Shown piece after piece: positions 25,961 to 38,864 of a stretch of DNA of 64,000 nucleotides. The notes beneath the pieces are model-generated. The model saw only the letters and a program-made list of their open reading frames with translations. It had not been told where the DNA came from and searched no databases. Numbering within the stretch: the first letter of the stretch is position 1; every line of letters begins with the position of its first letter. Both the position numbers and the translations under genes were made by a program. Origin of the DNA: the human T2T-CHM13v2.0 reference genome, Homo sapiens; NCBI RefSeq assembly GCF_009914755.1, contig NC_060935.1. The stretch is one strand, 5' to 3'.

Positions 25961-27729
25961 GGAGTGAAAGCAACGGAAACCCAGCTGGAGTCTCAGTTGT
26001 TCCACCAGTAAGCAGGTGGCCTTGGCGAGGCCTGTCGGGATGCCAGTTTCCATCTCTGGACGGTGTCCCAGAGGGGACAAAGCTCCCGCCCTGGCAGTTA
26101 GTGCTTCTTCTCCTCCGCCTTTTCCCCTGCTCTCCCCCAAGACTTCTCAGGACAGTTTCTTCCTCAGCACTATTTTCCTTGTGGTGGAGTTGGAAGGATA
26201 GAAACTCTAACCAGCAGTCAGAGAGGGATTGGCACTGGACCCGACGTCTCATTATGTTGAACATCATTGTGCCAACCTAAGGGAAACGGTGCGGGTTGTT
26301 TGTTATCGATGGCAAATCTTCTTCCAAGAGTGGCGGGCCCTTCCGTCAACAACACAAAGTGTCCTCGCTCCCGGCCCCCTTTCCAGCCCTGTGACTCATC
26401 AGGCCTCTAACCTCTTTTTCCCCCACAGTGAGAAATATCCAAGTTGATAACAGCAAAAACTTGATAATGACTAGTGTTGGGAAGAGATTAAACTACTTGT
26501 AATTCCAAATTGTTCAAAATCAACTCTCCTGACCTGCCAGGATAGTGAGACTTAGAAAAACAAAAACAAAAACAAAAGCAGAAAACCAAAGCGGCAAAAA
26601 GAAACAACTTCAGAACACAAATTTAAGACACGAATTTTGCTCAGTTCCTAGTTTTGACTCTGAGCAATGGAGGTATTTCTAACAAAAGAAAATCTCCACG
26701 TCCGTCCTATGTTTGGAATATTCACTGGTGTGTAATTCCTAGAAGTGTGCTGAGAATGATTTCGATAAAGAGAAAGGTGCTTGACTTCTGAGATGCTGAG
26801 AATGATCTGTTTTTAAGGAACGTTTTTCAAACGTGAACAGGCCAATGAGAGAAATGGACTGCCCTCTGTTGGACAGAGATAGCAAAATCAGCCAGGGATG
26901 GAGGAGGAAGCTCTGTGGCAGTGGCTTCAGCCTTCTTGAGAAGGTCCCCTTGGGATCTTTTAATTGTGATGACACAGACCTCTCATTTAAATGTGGCCCA
27001 AGAAACACAGAAGTAAAATTTTAGAGACATCCACATAGATAAGATTTGCATTTCTACAATGTATCCAGCTATGTGTTTTCAGTTTTAACAGAGAAATGTC
27101 AAAAAATATACTAGTAAAGTGCAGGGTTTAGGGAGATACATATGTTAATAAGTATTTGAAGTTGAAGAATTGGGACTAGAGCTACTCTATTCCTAAGTTT
27201 ATCAAACACAGAAATGGCTCATCTGACCTAAGATGCTGTATCCTGCAATGATAATATTACCTCAAAGGAGTTTTAGAGACTCAAACTGTCACTGTCTGTT
27301 TGAGGAACACAGTCACTAATTAAGCTTAAATGATGCTTTCCCCCACAAACATCCGTGATTATTATTGTTTTCTGCTGGCCAGGTCACCTACGGAATATAA
27401 AGAAAAGCAAATCCAGGCTTTGGCCCTCCCAGGGGAATGATCATGTCAGCAAGAATTCACAAGGACGTTGACTCCAGGGAAGGGAAGAGGCTATTTTTGT
27501 TCATTCACCTGCAGCTAGAGCTGCTCAGAGCAAGAAAGATTCAGCTATGTTCTACTTTTGCTTCCTTTCAAAACTAGAGAGCCATTTTCCCAAACACCTG
27601 TTACCCTTGCTTTAAAAATATCTTGAGAAGAGTGGAACTAGAGAAAGGAAGGAGTGTGAGGGAAAGGATTACAGAAGACAACATGTCTTCTGTGTGAATG
27701 GTCTTGACATTTCATACAACAATTAAGAA

Positions 27730-28230
27730 ATTAGCAAAAAAAAAGGCACTCATCACTTGGACTCATTAACTCCACTTCTAGGAATCTATTCACAGAAATA
27801 CTGGTAGAAACACCCCAATGTGGCTACAAGAAGGTCCACTGAAGCATTGCTTGTAATAATAGCAAATTAGAAACGACCAAAATATCCTGAATAGAGAACT
27901 GCCAGAATAAAGATGTTACACAATGGAACACCATGCAGCCATTTAAAACAAGGAGGTTCTCTGGGGGCTCACACGGACAGTGCACCACAATAGGTTCAGT
28001 TATTAAGTGACTAACACATGTTGCATAACAGAAGTGCTGTTTTCCATTTCTGTAAATAAAATTGTATTATTAATTGTAGTTTGTTGCTTAAAACGAAACC
28101 TGGAAGAATATACACCAGTCCATTAACAGTGGAAATCTCTAGGAGTTGGGATTATGAAAGGTGGCTACTTCTTAAATGTAATCGGTCCATATTGTTTCAC
28201 ATCTTTACCACTAGCATATATTACTTTTGT
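27730..28230 (+). mobile_element. Old L1ME 3' fragment
   Basis: actccacttctaggaatctatt...caatggaacaccatgcagccatttaaaa. Confidence 0.7.
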
Positions 28231-28409
28231 TATCAGAAAATACAGTTAACATTTGTTTCATTGGATAGATATGATTTTCTCTCAGCAGAAGTACTATAGG
28301 AAGCTACCCATTCATAGGTAGGAAGCACTTCACATTATCACTTTAATGATAGAATTAAATTGCTCAAGCAAATCACAAAAAGAAAAATCAGATGAAATAT
28401 ATAATGTAA

Positions 28410-28482
28410 ATGCCCAGTGCCTGGCATATAACAGGTATTCAATAAATATTTGCTCAATGAGAGAATAAATAAATGAATGAAT
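28410..28482 (+). mobile_element. L2 3' end
   Basis: cagtgcctggcatataacaggtattcaataaatatttg...aatgaatgaatga. Confidence 0.75.
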
Positions 28483-29259
28483 GAGGAACTGTTTTCCTAT
28501 GTGCTTTGTTTTATTTGCCACCTGTTTAAAAAATTGTCTGTAAGTAAATACGTTCACTTTGAATAATATCTCCAACAGATTTCCCTGATTACAGAATTCA
28601 TTTTTTTCTCTCATACATCACCAGAAATCAAAATGCTAGGGTGGGGAGTGTGGGAAGTGGTGAGGGAGACATAAAAATCAAGGCTTTAACATGAGGGAAA
28701 AGGGATTTTCACAAACCACCAAAGTGCTACTTCTCTTGGAAGAAGTGCACCCTGGATTTTTTCCAGCTGAATTCTGCAACAAAACCCAGGGAAAATGAAC
28801 ATTAATCTTTTATGAACTAAGCCCCCAAATGAACAGCCTTTGAGCTCAACCCTAATTAGGTTGCATCTCAATACAGAGAATCCTTAACGAATAAGGACAC
28901 ATAACAACACAGGCAAACTCTCTGCTGGGACTGCCTCAGAAATGCAGGGGCCGCCCAGGCCACTCTCAACTGCTCCTGTGCATCAGGGGCTCCAGCTTTA
29001 CCTGGGAAATACACATTCATCTTGGAGAGAAAGCACATGGAGTTTTCTTTAACTGAAATTCTTGGCCATCTTGCTACCTCCATGGCCATCTGGGGGGTCT
29101 GTGGATAAATGAGAAGAGAAAGAGACAAGAAGCAGTGCTCTTAGAGTGAGTTTCAGCAAGTCAAGGTTTCTTCTGCTTTGTGCCCCGTGGAGCAGCCAAC
29201 ACTGGCTGTGCTCGGAAACAAGAAAATCCGCATATGCATTATATGCATGATGTGGGAGG

Positions 29260-29680
29260 GTGTGTAGTGCTGCGGTGCCTGAGAGACCTGGGTTTGAATG
29301 CCAGCTTAGCCACTTTCTACTCATGTGACCTGGGACAAGTTGCCTACCCCTTCTGAGCCACAATTTTCTCATCTATAAAATGCGGATAAAGGTGCGCTTG
29401 GTTGGGAGGAGTAAATGAAATGAACTAAGTAGCTCTCAGATTGTTCATTGCTAACCAAGACCTTATTTCTCCAACCACAGCTTCCCCAGCCCCATTCTAT
29501 CACACAACTTCCACCTCTCTCATTCAATCCCAACAAAACATTGTAAGATAAGTGTGATAACCCCTGTTTTACAACTAAGGAACTCAGAGAGCAGAGGTCA
29601 TTTGTCCGAGGAGACAGAGCAAGGGAGCAGCAAAGCTGGGATTTCACCTCGAAACCGTCCAACCCAAATCTCATGCTAAC
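29260..29680. mobile_element. MIR(+) ~29260-29430 and MIR(-) ~29520-29680
   Basis: gacctgggtttgaatgccagc...ctcatctataaaatg; tgttttacaactaaggaactcag. Confidence 0.7.
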
Positions 29681-30752
29681 CACAGGATTGTGGGTCAACA
29701 GGGCTAATTTCAAAGACAGGGAGGACTCCTAGTGTTCGTAGTGTTCGACGTCTCATAGTCATGGAATTCTGGATTCCAGGACCCATAAGCAGGTTCCAGA
29801 GTCACCAGAGGCCCTGTGTAGAGAGGACTCAGGATGGGCTCTGATGGTGCCATTTTGGTGAAGGGTGTGTCGGGGGGCTCCCTGCCCAAGGCAGCTGGGC
29901 TACTGTATCCAGCCTTAGGAAAGGCACCCATGTGAGCCTTCAGTGTACCTGGAGGACTGCTCCAGACAAGCCTCTGGGTAACTCATGGCCCCGATATAAA
30001 CTCACATTGTCTCATCTTGTCTGCATTGCTTCTGTCTTCATTCAGTGCATTTCCCCATTTTCTTTCCCACGGTCACACATTGGGATGGTCCTTGACCCCC
30101 AAGAAATAATTGCGCTGATATCCTCCCCATCTTCCTCATGAGCAACCTCTCGCCCCACCCCTACCCTTAGACCACTGGAGTGGACACTGCCATCTCCTAG
30201 ATTCTCTGATACCATTTGTCTGGCTTATACTAAATCCCTTTTCCCCCTGCTTGCTGTCCCACACTAGCCCAGCATCTCCCTGCTGCCCAAGAATGCCTTA
30301 TCTTATTACTGTAATTAACTGGTACCACACTAGAAAGCTGAGCCAGAATCAGAACTCTCAGGTGAAGAAGATTTGCCAAGGGTTACAGTGCATGAGAATT
30401 GGAGTGGATAGAACTTGGCACTTAAAACCTCTTCCCTCCATACAGAACCTTATTCTAGAAACTCATTAACTCTGAGCAGTGCAGCCACATTTCCAGAAGA
30501 AGCTGTGGTCCAGGAATGCCTTTGGATTCTGCAATCCTGCTGTTTTCAATTGCCAGTCCCCGAGTGTTTCCTCCTCCTCTTCTCATTATCAGAATGTGCT
30601 TCATTACAGAATTCTATGATTATTTGTTGCAGTAAATTGCAATGATATTTATATTACTCAACATTTACTGTGCATCTACTATGTGCCCACTCCTGTGCTG
30701 AATATCTTACACATGATGTCTCATCTGACCCTCACAAACAACTCTGAGAGGG

Positions 30753-31118
30753 TGCATTAGTTCGTTCTCATGCTGCTAGTAAAGACATAACTGAGACTGG
30801 GTAATTTATAAAGGAAAGAGGTTTAACTGACTCACAGTTCCAGGTAGCTAGGGAAGCCTCACAATCATGGCCGGAGGTAAAGGAGGAGCAAAGTCATGTC
30901 TTACATGGCGACAAGCAAAGAGTGCGTGTGCAGGGGAACTCCCCTTTATAAATGATCAGATCTCATGAGACTCATTCACTATCATGAGAACAGCATGGGA
31001 AAGATCCACTCTCATGATTTAATTACCTCCCACCAGGTCCCTCCCATGACATGTGAGAATTATGGGAGCTACAATTCAAGATGAGATTTGGGAGGGGGGA
31101 GACAGCCAAACCATATCA
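30753..31118 (-). mobile_element. THE1 (THE1C/D-like) solo LTR inserted in a MIR
   Basis: tgcattagttcgttctcatgctgct...gagctacaattcaagatgagatttggg...ccaaaccatatca; perfect TSD GAGGG at 30748-30752 and 31119-31123. Confidence 0.92.
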
Positions 31119-31609
31119 GAGGGGCAGTATAGTTATTCCTGTCTTATGGATGTGGACAACAAGCTCAAAGCATTAGGCATCCTGGGTGTTTCTAATACAA
31201 ATTAATGTTTGAAAACCTCTGGCTTAAGCACTGCGGGAACCTAGAAGGAGAGAGGTGATGTCTAGCCTGGAGAATCAAAGTGAGAAGTGAGAACTGAACT
31301 GGGTCTTGGAGGATGGGCTGGAGGAAGACAGGAAGAAATAAGGAAGAAAAGCTTTCTAGGTAGAGGGAACAGCATGAGAGATGATACAGAGATGGAAAAA
31401 GATACAGAACTGTGAAGACTACAGTGCCTGACATAAAGGGAGCCTTTAAAACCCTGTGGAACTGAGTTCCGCTGAACTGCTAGCTTGGCTGTAGCAAATG
31501 GATCTCACATGATCACATGCAATCTAGAAGCAGGTGCTTGCAGAAGAAGGGAGGGGCAAGAAGCCCTGCTCTCTGGGCTTGCTGGCCACTCATTGAAGTC
31601 TCTGAACCA

Positions 31610-31740
31610 ACTGGTGAAGTAGCTTTCATGGGTCCTATTTTACAGACAATAAAACAGAGTCTCAGTGAGACAACTTGCTTAATTGGGTCAAAAGCCTAGA
31701 AAGCAGTAGAATCTGTATTCAGACCCAGCTCTGTCTGGCT
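31610..31740 (-). mobile_element. MIR SINE
   Basis: cctattttacagacaataaaacagagtctcag. Confidence 0.65.
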
Positions 31741-32869
31741 CCACAGGGCCCTGGTTCACCCTCCAGGCCATGCTAATGAAGGAAGGTCTGCCCCCCATTT
31801 GTAGGCTCCCTGAACTTCTTTCTGGACCAAAAATGAGTCTGACACAGACTAGCCTTGATGGGTCACACCCATCTCCTTTAAGAAGCTACCGCTTTTCACT
31901 TTCTTGGCATTTTCTGTATGAGATGCAGCCATGCCAAGCTTCTGGGTGCCCCTCGAGAGGAAGAAGGCTACAAAATGCCTTTGGGCGGGCGAGGAAGCAC
32001 CCAGGTATGGGAGGCAGCTGCAATCAACCGAGAAGGCTGTGCTGCTTCAAGCAAAGCCCCAGATGGGGCCTCCAATGAGATCACCCCAAACCTCCCTGGC
32101 TGCCAATTCAACATCTGTGCCTGACATATTGGCCTGCAAATATTTCAGGTCCAAACCCGCAAATCCAGATGTGTTTGTGTCATGAACTCTCTATATTCTG
32201 CTAGAAATTACTGAAGTCTGAAAAAAGAAATTAAGCATTTGCTCAGGCACACATGAACCAGTGACCTGAAATTCTCTGTGCATGTCTAGGTTTTGGGTGC
32301 TCACACTTACGGACTCTGAATACCAGTTTCCACTCATCTCCTGGCCCTATTTACCTTCATAGGAGGCCATATGTAAAGGGGCTGATGTTTGCTTTCAATT
32401 TTGTGCCTCATGGAAGGTTTATGAAGGTGGAAGTTGCCTTTGCACAGTGGCCAGGCATTGTTTTGTTTTTACGTATTAGTAGTTAGGTTGGAACTTTGAT
32501 CTGGTTTTCAAGCACTGCATTTCCAACAATAGAGTAAACCAAGGAGCATTGCAGCGCAGCCCTGGCTTCACATAAGGGTCACCTGGCGGACTTCGCAGAC
32601 ACCAGTTATTCAGCCCCCATAAGAATATCTGGATATAGAAACTCAGCACCAGTGTTTATTTTTTCAAAATTCTCCAGTCATTTCTAATCCATGGTTAGTG
32701 TTGAGAACCTCTACTATGGAATCTACCCATCTAGACTGTTATAAAGTGATCAAAAACAAAAACAAGGTGGGAGTAGGGAGGGAGCAGGTATAGGTGTTAA
32801 GACAGGAATAATGCATATCAAAATAGTAACGCTGGTGAGGTGGGCATTGGCTTTACCTCGAAAAATTCC

Positions 32870-33060
32870 AAATCAACTCTCAACTCTCATGGACTGATGA
32901 GCAACTCTAGACAAGGCATTCAATCTTACAGAGCCTGTTTCCTCATCTGTCAAGGGGGTAATGATACTTGATTGGGCTGGAAGAAAGCTGAAATAAGAAT
33001 ATGTTAGTAAAGTGCCTTGCAAAGTGCCTGGCACAGAGTAGGCATTCAGCAAACGGTACA
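32870..33060 (+). mobile_element. MIR SINE
   Basis: gagcctgtttcctcatctgtcaagggg...gtgcctggcacagagtaggc. Confidence 0.75.
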
Positions 33061-33082
33061 TATTATGGCTAAGTTTCAACGT

Positions 33083-33162
33083 ACACACACACACACACAC
33101 ACACGAGAGACAGAGACAGAGAGAGACAGAGAGAGAGAAAGAGAGAAGGAGAGAGACAGAAG
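33083..33162. repeat. Compound (AC)11 plus (GA/GACA)n microsatellite
   Basis: Read directly from the sequence. Confidence 0.95.
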
Positions 33163-34059
33163 ACTGGAATGATGTATATCAAAATATTAACACTGGAGGG
33201 GGGATTGCAGATGCATTTTTTTCTCTTTTTTCTTTCTTCATTTACTATGTGTTTGACAATGACTTTTTTCCTTCTAATAAAGGTAATATAAATTATTCTT
33301 TATGGAAGTTATAATGATAAACTTTGAAGAACAAAATCAGAGTACAAAACAGTATTTGTAATATAAATGTAATTTTTAACAGAAAAAAAGATCAGCAAAG
33401 TACCTGGAAGGAAGTCCCACAAATGTTGAGGCCAGGTTCTGCACACAGCCCTTCCTGCCCTTCCTTCCTTTCTTCCTTTTGTGTTCTCCAATTCATTCTG
33501 TAATGAGAAGCTACTCGTGTTGGGTTCTGCCTCCCCCGACCCTCTGAAGATTTACCCAGGCTGGTGCTGCATCCCTGAGGCTTGTGATGCAAAATCTTGT
33601 CCTGATGCAAAGCCTTCCACAGTTTGCCAAGCCTGGACTAGGGCATCCTTCACAGACCAGGCCAGAGCATCTGGAAGCAGGCACAGGCCATGCAGCCACT
33701 ATATGCTGTGTCAGCATCTCCAGCTGTGTCCCCAGGCAGTATCTCACTCTGTGGTTCCCCCCAAGGCCCTTATAGTAGCTTCAGAGGCAACACTTTGCTC
33801 CCTGTTAGTGTGGGTGATGACAGCAGCCCTCAGACACGAAGATGAACAACCAGTAGGCCAGGGATCCTTTAGCAGCAGTGGGAAGGCTGCCACCACCATG
33901 GTGGGCCTGTCCTCAGCCCAGTGGCTTCCCAAGTACACACAGGTGCATGGACTCCCTGAGTGGCTGTGGGTGGGGTCTTCAGTGATGCAGATTTTAAAAC
34001 AGTGGAGAAGCTTTGAGGTGCTAGAAATTCCTTCTTCAATACTCATGACTCCATTCTCT

Positions 34060-34400
34060 TCATCACCAAACATTTTTGTATATGCCAGGCACTTCTACAG
34101 AAGAAACTATATGCCACAGCTCCTAGCATGTGCCAAGCACCACATAGCCAGTGGGAAGGCAGATAAATCAGACACAGTGCTCCTAAGGTGCTCACGGAGG
34201 GAGGGACATGCCAACCTGCAATGACAATACAGAGGGAGAAGCGCCTTGATGGGGAAGCTGGGTGCTGAGCACAAGAAGGGCACATAATGGGCCTGGGCTG
34301 GGGGAGATGGTCAGAGAAGACCCTGATGCCTGAGCCAGTTCTTGTAGGACAAGCAGAAATTACTAGAAGAAGGTGGGGAGAACATTTCAGCAGAGGGAAC
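34060..34400 (-). mobile_element. L2 fragment
   Basis: tcatcaccaaacatttttgtatatgccaggcac...aacatttcagcagagggaac. Confidence 0.65.
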
Positions 34401-34559
34401 CCCAAGGGTGGCTGCTCAGAGTCACAAGGCATCTTCTGGAAACTGCAAGGAGGACAGCAGGGCAGAAGGAAAGAGAAGAGAAAGGGTGGGATGGGCAGGG
34501 TTGGGAATATTCCCAGAACTGTCCCCTAGAATTTCCCAGATCTTGGACATTTCTGTACT

Positions 34560-34769
34560 TCCTTGGTGGCTTTTGCCACATCTGTGTTCCACCTGTATTA
34601 TTATTTTAAAGATATTTTTAAATGAGTCATTTTTCAGTTAAATGCTCCACTTAAATGTACCCTCAAAGGAAATTTGGCATTGCTACCATAAATAGAAAAT
34701 CAATAACCTTTGCTTGCTATAAATGGAAGCTAATTATAAAGACAAATAGAGTTCCAAACTACTAAATTC

Positions 34770-34820
<51 letters not shown>

Positions 34821-35015
34821 GAGACAGAGATAGAGATAAACAGTTTTGAAAACAGGGTGGGCTGAGTCTGAATCCTGCATTCTTTGTTCAAAAGGGCGGT
34901 TAGCAAGTGTTAGAGGATGATAAAGAAAAATGGAGATTTTCTTTGGGATAATCAGAAGGCTTAAAGGAGAATTATGAAGGGAATACGTTTCTCACCATAT
35001 ATTTCAATGTTCCTT
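34560..35015. mobile_element. hAT-Charlie DNA transposon remnant (Charlie4-like)
   Basis: ttagcaagtgttagagg...ataatcagaagg...agaattatgaaggga resembles Charlie4/MER80. Confidence 0.45.
34771..34818. repeat. (AC)24 microsatellite
   Basis: Pure dinucleotide run. Confidence 0.98.
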
Positions 35016-36611
35016 AAGGCCCAGGCACTGGGTGCCACCTAGAACATTCTCTCCTGCCACTAGACAGGTGTGTCCCATGTTCCGGATAACAGTCCCAGAG
35101 AAGGGGCCTCCATGGGAGGATGTTCACATTTCCGAAGATAGGAAAGCCCGAGAAGGAGCAAAGAGAAGCCCAAATCTGTCCCCAAAAACACATCCTGAAC
35201 TTTCCATGCACTGTAAGCAATGTCTTCAAGCACTAGCGTGTGAAAGACGTGAGTGGAAGAACCTAGAAGCTATCTCCGCCTCTTCCATGGAGCCATGAAA
35301 GGGGCTGGAATCCGCTGAGCTCTCTATAAACAGTTCTGCTGGCAGGGCTCACCACTCCCTAATTGACTGTACTGAAAATTATTCCTGATGCCCCCAAAGT
35401 GAGCTTTTATCTTATCACAGCTTGGTAAATATTATGATACGTTGTGGTTTTTATTACCACAGAAGTATACATGTTAACTTTTCCATTTATGAGAGGGATG
35501 GCCAGAAAAATCTCGGTGGCAAGAGCTTGAAAGCAATTACCACCTTGCTATTTGGAGATCTGGCCAGATGTCAAGGGAGTTTATAGCCAAACCACTACTT
35601 CAGTGGTGTTTTGTCCCCCAAAGTAATCCAAAAATTAATGTACCAGAAGTAAATAATACGTTTGTATAGTACATTGTGAGAGCTGAGGCTTGCTCTTAAA
35701 GGGAATACCATGGAAATGCTTTTACCAATAAGGAGATAGATACATTTTGGGCATGTTTTTGACTTGGGTTAATACGTCTTTCTTAGGTCCATGAACTTCT
35801 AAAACGGTAGAAAGCTCAGAAAAAAATGAAAAAATACTATATTATGTGTGTTTGTGTGTGTGTACATGTATGTATATATAGATATCCATACCCCAAATTA
35901 ATTAACTGGCTGGCATCAACAACAATAAACTGCTCCAATAAAACTCAATTTGAGAAAATGAAGTAAGAATTTATCTCCCCCAATTCCCGTACAACAGCAG
36001 CCTTGTGTTATGTAGCTGTGTGAAACCTCTGGAAGACAGGAAAAGCTTTGGCCTCATAAGTCCACTTTGATGCCACTGCTGGACTAATCCCAATGTAGAA
36101 AATTTGGCTATTTCTGGAAATAACCCATGTGACAGTCATCTCCAGAACCCATGGAAACCTGCAGGAACTTCAGTACATTGGACAGGATCTTCTTTACACC
36201 CAAAGATGGCTTCTTGAACAGCAAGACCCAAAAGCTGGCAAGATTTTAGCTAAGCTCAGTTAGCTTGGTTTGCTTTTCTCACGTAGGTAACTTGTGAGAA
36301 AATTTGGCAACTTGTCCACAACCTGTCAGACACATTTGCTATATTGTGATCAAGGACCTCTTTGCATTTTTAAGTTTGATAACTTAGTTAAAAACAAGAA
36401 CAGTGAATAAGCACACAAAGTTGTGTGCACGAGATGTTTGTTCCTTTGTTTTTAATTAATAATGAAAGACTGGAAACAACCAAAATCTAAGAGATTGATT
36501 AAGTATTCTATTGTTGTTAAGAAGATAGGTCTTTATGCATTAAAATGGAAAGGTATTCACCAAGTGGAAAGGAAGTACTTCACAGAATAGTCTGTCTCTC
36601 TCTCTTCCTCC

Positions 36612-36822
36612 CTTCTAACCATATATATAATATATTCTTCTGACCTAATATATATAATATATATTCTTCTAACCTTATATATATAAAATATATATTCTTC
36701 TAACCTAATATATATAAAATTTATATTCTTCTAACCTAATGTATATATATTCTAACCTTATATATATAATTCAAATGAAATAATATATATATAATAACCT
36801 CCTAACCAAATATATATATAAT
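36612..36822. repeat. AT-rich minisatellite, ~25-31-bp unit, ~7 copies
   Basis: Anchor cttctaacc (or a variant) at 36612, 36637, 36666, 36697, 36728, ~36750 and 36799, separated by (TA)n. Confidence 0.9.
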
Positions 36823-37459
36823 ATTTTCATTAACATTAAAATATGTGTAGTTTTGTATATTTGCATATGCTTAAAAGTTCTGGAAGACTGATATGATATG
36901 AGCCAATCTTAGGGGGAATTTGGATCATGAAGGGATTTAAACTTTCTTCATATTGCTTGATTTTTCATTTTTTACAAAGTGCTATGCATTTTCAACAACA
37001 TTTTAGTGGAATTTTTTGTAAAAGAACAAAATGATGGGCACACATTGAGGGATTAAAAAAAAGAAAGAACAAATTGAAAAGAAAATCTTAATGTGCTGTC
37101 TTCCATTCCACCAACTGAGGAACCATTAAGGAGATGGAAAGAAATGAAAGCAAGATCATATCAGACCAAAGACTCTTCTGCTCTAGACTTAGCTGTCATT
37201 TTCAGATCAAATGCTGCTTTGCTTAACACAAAACCTTGGTCCTTGATTACTCAGCCAACTCATGAATCTACAGAGAAACTCAAACTCAGAAATGCTTCCT
37301 AATGTGTAGTCAATACCAATGGCAGCAGGGAGACCACCAACTCAGTCTCTGGCTTGATGGAGTCTGCCAACAGTTAATTGATCCAGCAAGCCCAGGTTCA
37401 CCTAAAATCCCACTTCTTAGAGCATCTAGTGGCCTCTGAAATACGCTGGACATTTCATT

Positions 37460-37670
37460 TTCATAACATCTGTCATTTATTAAGCACCAACTACGTCCCA
37501 AAGACTGTGCTAAGTTATATGCGTTACCTTTCATCTTCACAAAATGTTTGGAGATGGACATTATCATTTCCATTTTACAGATGAAGAAACTGAGGCCCAG
37601 GATGCTTAAGTAACTTGGCTAAAGTTATAAGCTCACAAGTGACAAAGCCTATACCTCGATCTCTGCCTGT
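37460..37670 (-). mobile_element. MIR SINE
   Basis: ccattttacagatgaagaaactgaggcccagg. Confidence 0.85.
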
Positions 37671-38429
37671 CTGCCTTTATTTTCTAATTTTCAGGCTATC
37701 CGATATAGGGCTTCAAGTCCTATATCTTCCTCCTAATGTTGGTAGAAAGCTAATATCTCTCTGAAAATCTTCAGTGTAACCAAAGACTTACTTATTCGCC
37801 TGCAGTATCAGTAAATTTCCCCCCTTGGTTTGTACAAATTACTGTAGCAATCAAGATGCATGCATCCCATTGTTCTTTGACATTTAGATATTACAAGCCT
37901 TGGATAGTTTTTTAACTAAGACAGCAAAATCTTTTCACAAATGAGTTCACTTCAGGGAGAAAAATCTGTTGGCAAGGGAGAAACGATAACTTGTCAAAGG
38001 CATGCATACTATTTTTTTTTTTTTTTTTTTTGCTAAATTCATGTTTTCCCTTGTCAACCAATAGATGAGCATAAAGACTTTCGTAATATTCGTTTTTTTG
38101 TGATTCACTAGCGATATCATTATGATATAATATTCTCTTGGCAATAAGGAATAATTTACAGATCCTGGGGATGAGGTTTTTAATGATGGTGCTTTAGGAT
38201 GTTGACTCATGCACATCTTTTTCTGAGTTAAATTCTTACATCTTTTTAATAAAGTAAAATCAAAGTACCATGCAGTAAGTGCTCTGGTGCTCTCTCGAAC
38301 GTCCACTGCTCCCCTCCCCACTGTGTTGCAGTCTAGTGCTTCAGGAGTTGACTGTAAGTCCACGGATGGACTTTGAGCAGTCCAAGCCATCCACCAGGAG
38401 AAGGCTTTCCCTCCTGGTTTAGAAATTAG

Positions 38430-38864
38430 GAACTCAGGTATAACCCAATCAGAACATGGCATTCCGCTGGCCACCTGAGTTGGTTCTGGAACAAACATGT
38501 GATCTCATTTGAGCCAATAAGATATTTAAGGAAGTCCATGGGGGCTCCTTGGAAAAGTTTCCTTTCTCCTAAGGGATACCCATAGAAAAAGCCAGTCTCT
38601 TGGCCTCTAGACATTGTCTGGCCCAGGATGTCAGGCTTGCAGTAACTGTAGCCACTTCAATAACACCCAGAGAATGACACTAGGATGCAGAAGAGGACTG
38701 AGACAAGAGAATATCAGAAAAGAGGAGCTGAAACTGCTAGACTAAACCAACCTGGAGCCAGCTCTGCCTTTGGGTGTTGTTACACATAATAAGAAACACA
38801 GTTTCTTATTATGTCAGCCATTTTGCATTTCTGTCACTGTAGCCGAAGCATCCTAACCAATACT
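38430..38864 (+). mobile_element. Old MaLR LTR (MLT1J/K/L-like)
   Basis: ccaatcagaacatggcattcc...ttctgtcactgtagccgaagcatcctaaccaatac. Confidence 0.65.

Noticed and set aside
33481-34224. Longest ORF (247 aa)
   Set aside because: Non-ATG (GTG) start, no recognisable domain, and the 3' part runs through an L2 remnant; chance ORF
36612-36822. Repeat-spacer pattern as a CRISPR-like array
   Set aside because: Eukaryotic DNA; the spacers are (TA)n variants, not unique sequences
38165-38230. C/D-box snoRNA-like (aatgatgg...ctga)
   Set aside because: Imperfect C box, no convincing terminal stem, and no recognisable rRNA antisense element
37947-38498. 183-aa minus-strand ORF / possible processed pseudogene ending in poly(A)
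   Set aside because: Starts in an MLT1 LTR, poly-Lys comes from the T-tract, no poly(A) signal near the A-run, no TSD, and no recognisable parent gene
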